Origin: Octopus bimaculoides
Taxonomy: Eukaryota
DNA length: 46,740 nt
Assembly (NCBI RefSeq): GCF_001194135.2
Contig: NC_068981.1
Coordinates: forward strand, 199,135,409-199,182,148
Reading direction: 5' to 3'
The translations under genes were made by a program, and so were the position numbers. The notes beneath the pieces are model-generated. The model was not told where the DNA came from. It worked only from the letters and a program-made list of their open reading frames with translations, and made no database searches. Of the stretch, positions 22,418 through 33,749 are shown piece after piece. How positions within the stretch are numbered: position 1 is the stretch's first letter; each line of letters begins with the position of its first letter.

Positions 22418-22459
22418 AACAACAAACAAGATGAGGACAAATATCCGTCAAATGTAAAT

Positions 22460-22650
22460 AATGTAAGGGGTTAGTTGGTTTCATCAACCGCAATGCTCTC
22501 AACCTGCTTTTATTGACTCTGAAAAGAAGAAAGGCAAAGACGACTTTGGTAGAATTTGAACTCAGAATGTAAAGATGGACAAAATGTGTCTAAGCATTTG
22601 GTCCAGTGTACTAATGATTGTGCCAGTTTGCTACCTTGGTTTCAAATTTT
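22460..22650 (-). mobile_element. Degraded SINE (family of 19048-19270)
   Basis: aaaggcaaagacgactttggtagaatttgaactcagaatgt...ctaagcattt is the reverse complement of the SINE head/core. Confidence 0.6.
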
Positions 22651-23610
22651 GACACTCTTAAAAAAAAAAAAATTCTCATGAGTTCTGTCCACATACCCAA
22701 AAAAACAGTGTCAACTTGAAAATATTTGATTCCCTTAAAATTCTTTCAAAACTGCATTATTACAAATTTCACAGAATCTTAATTCTCAGATTCTGGTGTC
22801 CTTCCCATGCAGTATATCACTGCTAATCATGAATAACACCCTCAATTCACTGCTATAAGAATGAATATATTTGGTATATGACAGACTTGTCTGTGTGTCA
22901 TACCCGAGTTTTCTATTTAGATTCACATATATATGTGTATGTATGATCACCATCATATAATGTTCATTTTGCATGCTGGCATAAGGTGGACAGTTTGACA
23001 GGAACTGACAAGACAGATGGTTCCAATTGTCTATTTTGGGGTGGTTTCTATGGCTGGATTTCCTTCCAAACACCAACCGCTTTACTGAGTGTACTGGGTG
23101 TTTTTCATGTGATCCCAGCATGGGAGTTTTTTGTGTGGAAGCAGCACAGGTGCTTTGTACATGGTACCAACATAGGTGCTTTTTATGTGGTACCAACACA
23201 CAATGGTAGCTTGAAACATTCCCTCACATCAAACCTGCTATATCTGTCTATATATGTTTGACCAATAACCAGAAGTCACACTCTCTCTCTCTCTCTCTCA
23301 CACACACACAAACATTCTTTCATCTCCCTCTTTAGAAAAGTGTGTCAAGAATAACTGACGAAAGAACAAAGCTGATTTTAGTGTTTGTAAGATTTGTTGA
23401 CCAGTCTGATTCTTAGCCAACAGGAACATAGCACAATGTCTGCTAGCTCCTGACATGTCACTTCAACATGTAGCCATGCATTCTGGCCAACATCCAACTG
23501 CCAATATATAAGAGACCAGTCTTGCAATGAAGCTGGTTTCTATATCTTCAATTACACTTTCTGTATCTAAATCCATTTGTCTAATGAGATTTTTATTTTC
23601 TCTTTTCCAG

Positions 23611-23808
23611 GAATATAATTTCCTTGAAGTCAAAGACCGACAGTATCTGCTGAGTTTCTACAAAAATGCCGAGAAAAAACGCCTGGACGTGCACAAGTAT
23701 AACCACTTACGAGATGCTATTTCTCAGGTGGAATACGATCTTCTTCGATTAAGGGATCCCCTTCAATTACAGCTGCCTATAGGTCACATACAGAGGCAAA
23801 AGTCCTGA
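23611..23808 (+). CDS. MCU: Mitochondrial calcium uniporter, terminal coding exon
   Basis: ttttctcttttccag acceptor; phase 0 continues the previous exon. EYNFLEVKDRQYLLSFYKNAEKKRLDVHKYNHLRDAISQVEYDLLRLRDPLQLQLPIGHIQRQKS* matches the MCU C-terminal coiled coil (DRQYLL...KYNQLKDAIAQAEMDLKRLRDPLQ). Confidence 0.97.
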   Translation, partial: EYNFLEVKDRQYLLSFYKNAEKKRLDVHKYNHLRDAISQVEYDLLRLRDPLQLQLPIGHIQRQKS

Positions 23809-23872
23809 GATTCGCTCAGATTTCACAGCCCCTCACTGCGACTAAGTGTTACTGTGTTATTGTTCATGGACT

Positions 23873-23940
23873 ATTTCTACTACTTTGACTACTACTACTA
23901 CTACTACTACTTCAAATACTACAACTACTACTACTACTTA
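23873..23940. repeat. (CTA)n microsatellite in the presumptive MCU 3' UTR
   Basis: Interrupted ctactactac runs about 65 nt after the stop codon. Confidence 0.85.
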
Positions 23941-26045
23941 TGGTGTTGGCCACCGCAGTTGCGATGCACTATGACTTTGCTTCAACTAATTCATTCATTT
24001 GTGGTACTTTTACTCAACCTTTTATAGTAAACATCTTTGTATATTAACTGTAGCATCTTGTTGCCAATTGTTTACCTCAATCACAGAAATATCTTCTTAT
24101 TTTGTTACTAATATCTACAATCTTGATTGGTCAGAATTAAATAATAATAATAATAATGATAATAATGATAAAATGGAAACGTGAAAAAGTGAAGCTTTTT
24201 ATAAAGGAACAAAACAAAAAAAAAGCATTAAAGAAACCGTAAAACTCTCGCGCCTGTCATTGGTTCAAACAAATCTCTCCAGTCTCCAGATTGTTGAGAG
24301 GAATTTGCATTGCTTTATGATTAACAACTTAAACTGTTTTATTGTCTTTTATTTGTTTATTTAGTTTTGTTGTATTGATTTTTTTTATTTTTTTTTTAAG
24401 AAAAAAGAAGAAAAAGATGTTTACATGACTGAAGTGTTTTGTTAACAGACCTCTTTGAACTGAAATCCACCCCTTTGAAACAGTTTACTCATAGTAATTA
24501 AATAGGTGGCTAAGACACTTAAAAACACCTATTTAGACATTAAGCGGTTTTTTTTGTTTTTGTTTTTTTTTCATTTTCCATTTATTTTTGACCAAAACAA
24601 ACAGCGGTGTGTTTCTGCTAGATCAATGTATAATTAAAACAATATACCCTATTTAATTTGACCCCCATCTTAATTAGTGATTTTCTTAACAAAAAGTCTC
24701 TTCTTTGGCTTCCCTGCTTCTTTATTTCTTTCTTCCAAATCCTATATTCTTCACAGTATATTTATAGCTAAAACTCTACAGTATTCTGCACTTTAGATCA
24801 CTTAATTAAAGCATTTAATTAAAAGAAATCTTGGAAATATTAAGCTATCAAATTTGTTGATGTTTGAAATCTTATATTTCATTTCATTTAACATCCAACT
24901 GACTCTACTCTTCAATTGCTCACCTAATATAGTTTGGGGGCCCCAAAGCAATCTATAACATTGTTATTGGTAAATGTTCATCAATAATCCACATTAATTA
25001 CAAACTATCAATAAGAGAGTGTATTACAATACACTTGGCCCTGCTTATGAAAAATGGCTTCTTTTGAACAACAACAACTTGTGCAGAATTGACATTGAAT
25101 CTCAAATATATTTGCTGCTGAACGTTTAAAAAAATGAAACAAAATTTAGTTTTGTTGATGTTAAAGCATATAATTAGTGAATCTCATTTAATTAGTGTTG
25201 GCAGTGGAAGTAGTGATTGTGTGGCTAGACATTTACTTTTGGATTCTCCTCAATACTATCATCAGAGCAATTCATCCTACAATACTTCTGCAAACCCGCT
25301 GATGGTTCCAATAGAGATTATTCTGGATGATTCTAGAAAAAAAAAAGTAATCATTTCCTAGCCTCACCCCGTCCCTCCCTCTAGTTTTCTATCTCTCAGC
25401 CTACCTATCTATCTATGTCTGTTTTTGTATCTATCTATCCATATATATATATATATATATACCTTTGTGATTACACCTTTATCCATACACCTATTTCTCC
25501 ATCCAGCTATCTATCCATCCCTCTCTCAATCTCTCCCCAAAACTATAACATTTTTTTCATGAATTTGATGTTTGTTCCATAAATCACTCTTTGCTCCCTC
25601 TCGTGATTTCTCCAGTCAATCTTACTCTAAAAATTCCTTCTTAAAATGATAAAAGTATTGTCTTTCTGATACTTTCCGTTGTGATACTAAAACTATTATT
25701 CCATTTGAAAATGGTCGTCGTCTTTCTCAGCACAAATTCCTTAAACTTTGATTGCAGTTCTTTTACTTTCTCTAAATCTAACCTACTTTTGTTTTAAAAA
25801 CTGATATTGTACAGCATGTACCCCCACCCCTACTACTACTCAGTTTCTCAAATATGATCTGTGAAAACAAATGGATATTTTTTCTCCCTTTCAGTGTTTC
25901 TGAGATCCATAGAAATATTCCCTTACTGGGACTTCTACAGATCAATTTTCATTTTTAAGTACACTTGGAAAAAAAAAGTGTGAAAGCAACTGTGTGGTGT
26001 GCATATAATCCATATCAACATGGAAAGCAGACGTAAAATGAGGAT

Positions 26046-26086
<41 letters not shown>

Positions 26087-27004
26087 AATGATATATAGAT
26101 AGATAGATTACCAGTGTCCATGAATTGGAGAAACCATTTTCAGGTCCATCTGTAGATCTCCATTTCAAGACATTTGTATTAAAATGGTGATATTTCTTGA
26201 AGACTGAAAGGTAATCTCTTCTATTGTGAAGATATTCCTCATGAAACAGCCTTCACTTCAAGTCTTGCCAGAGCAATCATCCATGAAACTGTCTTTTCAA
26301 ATAAATGGTTAAACTTGACATCCTAAACCCTTCCTTTTCAATCATTTTGATGCTTATAGGAATCCTTGAAGGATAAGCCAATCATTGAACTCCAGACTTG
26401 GAAATAATTCCAGATTTATTTTTGGTAAATATTGACTCTGGCACTGTCAGTTTGACTTGTTCCTTCTTTGCTTAGAAATATTGCAGTTTCACTATTTTCA
26501 GGAAAGGATTCTCTGCTTTTTTTTTTTAGTTTGCCTTCTATTGGTAAATATTTTAAGGGTTAAGGGAAATTAAGAAGTATATCCCTTTGAAAAGTGAATA
26601 GCAGCAGCCTGTGTGTGTGTGTGTGCAATTATTTGCAGCCAGAAACTGAAATTAAATCATTGATTTTATACACCATGAGTTTAACTCAATTATCTTCTAC
26701 TTGCTGCCCCAGAGAGAGAGAGAGAGAGANNNNNNNNNNNNNNNNNNNNNNNNNNNNNNNNNNNNNNNNNNNNNNNNNNNNNNNNNNNNNNNNNNNNNNN
26801 NNNNNNNNNNNNNNNNNNNNNNNNNNNNNNNNNNNNNNNNNNNNNNNNNNNNNNNNNNNNNNNNNNNNNNNNNNNNNNNNNNNNNNNNNNNNNNNNNNNN
26901 NNNNNNNNNNNNNNNNNNNNNNNNNNNNNNNNNNNNNNNNNNNNNNNNNNNNNNNNNNNNNNNNNNNNNNNNNNNNNNNNNNNNNNNNNNNNNNNNNNNN
27001 NNNN

Positions 27005-27048
<44 letters not shown>

Positions 27049-27187
27049 CCTTAGCTGTGTGAATGTGATCTAAATGCCACAATTGTTTGTACCTATGTAT
27101 AATCTTCTTTACACTGAAACAAATTGATGTGATTAATGCTTGAAGAGAATGAACAAAATATCATATACCTGTGCATCTAACCTTATT

Positions 27188-27340
27188 CTTTTTGCTGCCT
27201 CCTATAGTTTTTATTATCTTTTAACTCTTATTGCCTCCCATAGATTGTATCCTTTAACTTTTATCGCCTTCCATAGTTTTTCATCTTTTAACCCTTATTG
27301 CCTCCCATACATCTTATCTCTTAACTCCTTTACTGCCATC
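27188..27340. repeat. About 33-bp minisatellite, roughly 4.5 diverged units
   Basis: Units resemble tcttttaactcttattgcctcccatagattgta. Confidence 0.75.
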
Positions 27341-28193
27341 TTTTGCTTTTTGGATTATCTGAATATGTCCAACTAAAATATGCTTTCAACACACCTGTAT
27401 TCAATTCTGATGTGACTGTGTGTATATGTATATATTCACACACAAATGCATAAGTATGTGTTTGGGTGTGTATATATATGTATGTATATGAGCGTAGAGA
27501 CACATACACAAAGTTGTACAGCTTTTAATGCTGGTTATTCACTATGAAAACAGTTTCTATTTATTTTGCATTTTCGTTTTTTTTTTTTGTTTGTTTATAA
27601 GCCACATTTTCATTTATATTGCCAAATGCTGATAAAAATTATACACCCAATGATATTATTTTGTAGATATCTTTCGGATGACAACAACAACAACTCCTTT
27701 CTGTGCCATGCGTCTCCCAGTGGCAAATTTGTGAAATAAAACATGGCAACTTTGTTTTAAAGAACAAAAATAAAGCATAAAACATTTTGACCATTTCTGT
27801 TCACCTGAATTTCTTACATTGATCAGTCTTTACCCAATTCTATCAGGAAGGATTGATGTCTTCCTTGAATTCCTCCATCCCTCACTCACCTTCTCATTTA
27901 CTTAGATATTTCTCTATAATCCTCTGTAATCCAATTTATAGATTATTCTAAACAAATTAAGTTCTTATAAATCTACAATTATTAAAATTACAATATTTCA
28001 GTTAAACAATTATCTTAATCTATAAAAGGTATTTTTTTTTTTTCCTCCTCAACTCTTCTAACATTATATTAAGTCCTCCTGCACTTTAATAAACATATTA
28101 CATTGACTCACTGATTCGAAAAGCTGGCCAACACTTTCATTATATATTTATATAATCTTAAAATGAAGCTTCATGAAAAGAGTCAAATACTTG

Positions 28194-28230
<37 letters not shown>

Positions 28231-28577
28231 AAACCTCAGTAAATGTTTCAAGGTCTTGTTGAAACCACTGGAGACTCTAACCCCATGTAAAGCAGATCAA
28301 ATTATTGATTCTTGCATTCTAAATTTATGCCATCCCTTTGGAGTATATGGCTGAGCGATAGTGTGTGTGTGTTTGGATTTTTAACCTTTTACACCTTTGA
28401 TTTTGGTGAAAAATCTACATCCGGAAACCTGTGTTTCTTAATAAATTACTTCTCTGTCAGTTTAAAATACCTTTTTTTTTTCTTTTTTTTTAAATGTCCT
28501 GGACAAACAGTTGTTGACGCCAGATTTTAGAGAAGGGGAAAAAGCCATTTTTCATCTGGGGTTTAACTTTGTTGGAA

Positions 28578-28630
28578 AGCTGACTTGAATTAACCAAGGC
28601 AGCTGACTTGAATTAACCAAGGCAGCTGAC
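28578..28630. repeat. Perfect 23-bp tandem duplication
   Basis: agctgacttgaattaaccaaggc x2, then agctgac. Confidence 0.95.
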
Positions 28631-31399
28631 ACCATAAGAAAAAAGGGTGGGTAATGCTGACTGTTGAGGTGGTTGTGAAAGCTGCGGAGCTAATAACTCC
28701 GGCCTTTCATTAAAATATTCACCCAATTGTTGTTTACTAATGTTTATAATAATTGTCAATACAAATGAACAAAAAAAAAATTGCTTTTCTTTTTGATTTA
28801 AGTATCTTTTTTTCTTTTTTGTTTTAAATTTACTCTACCTGCCAAGGTTGTTGGGTAGAATAATAAATGAAATGATGGAAAACATGAAAATGTTATAGGT
28901 TTCAAATATCTCTTGTTATCTAGCTACCAAAGTTTATATTGTTACAAGCTTCAAAATCAAAGAATTCAAACCCTTTTCCATAACATCATCTCTGCTAATT
29001 TACCAATTTTGTTTCTATTTTTTTTTTTCAATATTCTTTATTATGAAGCTCTGGTGATATATATATGTCTATGAAGTAAGGTGTTACAAACATCTTTCTC
29101 TTACAATAACGTCCATTTTAGCACTGCCATTAACCAAGAAAATGTATCCAATTAACCAATTAATGGTTAGGATACCAATTATCATCAACCCAGCTACTTT
29201 GATACAGTTTCGGTGAGTATCTAAGCTTCTGGATTTGTGATTAGTTTTTATCCCTTCAGTTAGTGTGCATATGTATATAAAATAATGTGGTTTGTCAGAA
29301 GAAATTTCTTCTAACTAACCTTATTACCAATATACTATTCTGTACACTATGAAAACTGTTTTATTCCTCCTATATATATATATACACACATTTATATATA
29401 TATGTATATATTTGTGTATGTATACAAATGGAGGTTTATATATATGGGGATAAACTCACACATATGCACGCATGTGTGGATGTGTGTGTTATACAATTAC
29501 TTTTGAGTGAGACTTCAAATTTCACCTAATGGTGGTAAAACCTCAAGTCTCAGTCAAAACTAATTTAATAAGAAATTTGACTATACATTTCATATTGAGT
29601 CTCAACCCCCACCCCCACAACTCAGTAAAAGTTCTGTTGTTATTCCTAAATGTATACATATATGTGTATATTTATATATGTATATATTGTGTGTGTGTAT
29701 ATGTGTCGATAGTTCCTATGTACATTTCAATACATTGCAGTTATTTGGAACTCAATATTAAAAGTTCCGAGTGTATTTGCAAAATGCATTTGGGTGGCTA
29801 ATTGCAATGGATCGTTAGTGGAATGCAATAAAGTGATCTTCTGATAATCCTAATGCTCATCAAACAGCCAAGGCTCAGTTTCAGTTCACTGCAATGTGCA
29901 AACTGATGTAGGAACTCAATAAGCTGACACTTGTGTTTATCTAAGTTCTCCCACATTATATATATATATATATGTGTGTGTGTATATATATATATACCCT
30001 CTGTATACATTAACTAGTAATACTACTAAGCACAGTGGTAGACTAATCTCGATACTGGAAGATGACCAGATAATGATAATCCACATGGAGCTCAAACTCA
30101 TATTACAGTAGTAGTCTTGCATCTAACTGTGCACTCGAGATGTGTGTGCGTGTTTTCACCTGTCTGTATTTTTTGTACGTTTTTGGACCATATGTGTCTA
30201 TATATATATATGTCTGTATTTATATGTAGATACATATATATATATATATATACAATGATGATGTTCATTAGTTCTTCCTTTGTGGCTGTCTGTCACCGTT
30301 GTTCAGAGAGTGGGATTAATTGTGTATAAGCCTTCTCCTCACTTTAAAAAGCACCATACATAGCTATCGCTTGATGCCAAACGATACTTATGTTCAAGAA
30401 CAAGGAAGTAGCCATCATCTTTATATATATGATTATATACATGTTTGTGTGGGTATGTATGAATGTATACATACATACACATGGAAATGTATATATGTGT
30501 GTACGTACATGCAGATATATTTCTGGCAATATGTATACATATATATGTGAAAGGTATATGCCTTTTTGAAATAATACTCTTTTCCTTCTCACTAAGAGCC
30601 CCTAGCCTTCCTTGGACATGGCCAGACCAACTTGGCAGCTAATTACTGCAGCAGAGAAACTTCACCAGAAATTAAGTGTTTAATTAATAGGAATGGACAG
30701 AATTTGTAACTTAACTTCTTCAATGTTACATCATGACTCACCTTGTGTGTGTGGGTGTATGTATAAGCATGTGTGCGCGTGCATGTGTGTATGCCTATGA
30801 GAATGTGTGCATGTGTATGCAATACATTTATACAAAACTACAACTGAGCAAAGCCCAAGACATATTGTTGAAATATAAGGTACATAATATTCTTTTGGTT
30901 TTATGTTCACTTTTAATATGGAATCTCTTATTTTTGAAACCTTATTTTGTATTAAATTACTGTCTTAACTTGGTTTTTTTTATTTTATTTTTTTTTTTAT
31001 TAAAGTTTGCTATAAGATCTAAAAATCAATACAAATTTATAAACTTACCCACTTTTTTTATGGTTATTCTCATTTAGAATATAAACCATTGAAAATAAAA
31101 GTTGGCCAGTTTATTAAGGATTTTTGTTTAAAATTAATTATAATCATTGAACTTTTAGTTTAAGTGCTTTCTTTTATTTTGGATGTTGATTACGATCCAC
31201 ATTTTGTATCCTGTTCTTATACAATAAAAGCAATATTTGTTGAAATTCATAATCGGTCTTATTTGTTATGACTGCAAATTTAAATGAAGGAAGAATTGGA
31301 TACAATTTGTATGACTTATTAAAAACCTTCAGTTTTCTTCTTTCTCTCTTTTAAACCCCCTAACAGTCTTTTGTTTTCTTTTTTTAATCTATAACTCAC

Positions 31400-31723
31400 C
31401 CTGGTTTGACTAGAATTTTGGCCTGTCCTAGCATTTATCTTGCTTTGTGCAGGTTCACTCATTGATGCTACCATAATATTGCTCCAGTCAAGTCTGTTCA
31501 ATATTAAATGATTAACACAGGTACATCCTTTGAGGACCCATCTCCCACTAGAATCTGGAATGGAATTTGAGCTCAAAGCACAAAAGGTCAGAACAGATAT
31601 TGGAAAGATTTCATTCAACAACTCTACCTCTCTATTATCCTGGGTCATTATATTACATACAAAAATAAGAGGAATGACCAGCAAAAGTAGACTCCTATAT
31701 GCTAGAAATAGATGCCGAATCAT
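31400..31723 (-). CDS. Candidate coding exon of an unidentified gene convergent with MCU
   Basis: tttttttttcgtgattag acceptor directly before ATG (31723), 108 open codons, and an AGG|GTGAGT consensus donor at 31399. No recognised homology. Confidence 0.3.
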
Positions 31724-31989
31724 CTAATCACGAAAAAAAAATATGTTCTCAGAAAAAAATTCAGCGACACCCTTGGTCTATATATTTTAGTGACCCAAAA
31801 CAAAGTAACGCTGATTTCAGCAAAATTTGAACTCAGAGGACAAGAACAAACTACTTAAGACATTTTATCTAATGTTCTAAAGAGTCTTTCAATTATCCAT
31901 TTTCATTCATCTCATTAAAATCATGCCGATTATTTGGTATATCCTGCACCTCTCTTGTCTTACAACATTCTACATTAAGTAAAGATGAT

Positions 31990-32160
31990 GGTTTCAAATT
32001 TTGACACAAGGCCAGAAAATTGAGGGCAACAGGTAAGTTGATTACATCAACCTCAGAGTTACTGACCCCCGAAAGGAGGAAAGGTAAAGTGAACCTTGAC
32101 AGAGTTTGAACTCAGAATGTACAGACATGCTAATGAGTCTTCTAGCTTGTTGCCATAACA
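31990..32160 (-). mobile_element. Degraded SINE (family of 19048-19270)
   Basis: ggtttcaaattttg...gacccccgaaaggaggaaagg...tttgaactcagaatgt. Confidence 0.55.
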
Positions 32161-32437
32161 TTACATAAAAATAAACTCATTAAAATGTCAGTGAAATAAT
32201 TGCCATAAGACACGATCAAACTAATGAAATAAAAAGAAGATATTTAAATTTCCTTTGACAATAATTAACTGATATTTCTTAAAATATTCATTAAGGTTTC
32301 ACACTAAGCATAAATTTTGTACCCACACAATTATAGAACTTGTTTCCAAATTTGACATCATTGTGCTGCCCTTCTGAATAAAATTGAGAAGGTGGTAACT
32401 ATGGAAACATGGCATATTTTTCACTGATGAGCAATAG

Positions 32438-32949
32438 ATATGTCTGCAAGAAAAACAAAAAAGAAGAAAAAAACTGTTTCAGATTAAGTCCTTTGTAATA
32501 TTGTTCTGCTCTGAGTTGCTTGCACTTCCATATGCCTCTCCCGGTCAAAACTAAACCAGTGATTGGCCATCTATTGGGAACTTGCACTAACACTTGTTCA
32601 TAAACTGTAAAATAAAATACCATTTCCATTCTGTCTGTCATTGGTGGAGGCCATACAGTTTAATAAACTGGGCTCTAGAAACAGTTCAACTGGTGAATTA
32701 GTTCTAAGCAGGTAGAGTTAAAATTCTTTGTTCTAATAGTTTATATGTCTAATTAAGATTAATAAGAGCAAGTGTGATTGTGTATTTTATTTCACAGTTT
32801 ATGAACAAGTGTTAGTGCAAGTTCCCAATAGATGGCCAATCACTGGTTTATTTTTGACCGTGAGAGGCATACGGAAGTGCAAGCAACTCAGGGCAGAACA
32901 ATATTACAAAGGACTTCATCTGAAACAGTTTTTTTTCATGCAGACATAT
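32438..32949. repeat. Inverted repeat: arms 32438-32620 and 32782-32949, about 160-bp spacer
   Basis: gtattttattt..cagtttatgaacaagtgttagtgcaagttcccaatagatggcc...ctgaaacagtttttt is present on both strands with few mismatches. Confidence 0.92.
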
Positions 32950-32950
32950 T

Positions 32951-33245
32951 CCAGGTTCAGTTCCACTGCATGGCACCTTGAGCAAGTGTCATCTACTATA
33001 GCCTCAGGCCGACCAAAGCCTTGAGAGTGGATTTGGTAGACAGAAACTATGTCTGTCCCCAACTACTACTTGACAACCAGTGTAGGTGTGTTTATGTCCC
33101 CATAACTTAGTGGCTTGGCAAAAGCGACCAATAAAACAAGTACCTGGCTTAAAAAGAAAATAAATACTGGAGTTGATTCAACTAAAATTCTGCAAGGCGC
33201 CCAGCATGGCCACAATTTAGTGACTGAGACAAAAGAACTAACAGG
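32951..33245 (+). mobile_element. SINE (family of 44658-45096), 5'-truncated and internally deleted
   Basis: ccaggttcagttccactgcatggcaccttgagcaagtgtc...gtggatttggtagacagaaact...ccagcatggccacaa. Confidence 0.8.
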
Positions 33246-33749
33246 TTTTCAAAAATCTCCATCTATTTACTCTAGAATATGTCTGAGGAATCTATCTCAC
33301 TTGAACTCTGCTCCATGGGATTTGCTGTTGCTTTAGTTCTTTAACAAAATATTTCAAAACTAACCAGTTCATTTTGGAATATGATGGGGAAAATATTTTC
33401 TTAGAAGTATAATGCCAGAAGTTCTAAGCAAAAGTTACAGTTTAGACTTTGAAACTATAAAAGCCATTACAAGTGCAGTTTTACTGTTATTCTTTAACTG
33501 CAAAGAGCACCAGTGCCACTTAGATTCAGGACAGAGAGTTTTATTGTCTTTTTTTCATTTTAATGTTCTGTTGAATTAAATGATATTTAATAAGGTCAGA
33601 TTAATGAATATTTTGTTTATTAAACAGAAGAACTTAATTAGAATTATTGTGGAAATGAAAATTATATTATTAGAATATGAAATAAACAGTAAAATTGCAT
33701 TTTAATATAAAATGACCTTGTCATTTAAAGGTCATTTTACCTATCTCTC

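Larger units (their letters stand above)
20880..22446. mobile_element. Penelope-like element, 5'-truncated, head-to-head foldback: minus copy 20880-21575, plus copy 21576-22446
   Basis: The left arm is the reverse complement of 21625-~22300, with a 49-bp unique spacer (21576-21624). The plus copy carries a GIY-YIG ORF, a tRNA-like module, (TAA)n and a hammerhead. Confidence 0.92.

Noticed and set aside
5757-27082. ORFs containing X runs or (YI)n/(CV)n/(TH)n tracts
   Set aside because: Artifacts of N-gaps and dinucleotide microsatellites.
27188-28630. CRISPR-like arrays
   Set aside because: Eukaryotic context; the repeats are contiguous tandem units without unique spacers.
32424-32455. Hammerhead at CTGATGA...GAAA beside the 32.4-kb inverted repeat
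   Set aside because: Stem II is only 3 bp and offset by two extra bases from GAAA, and stems I and III cannot form.
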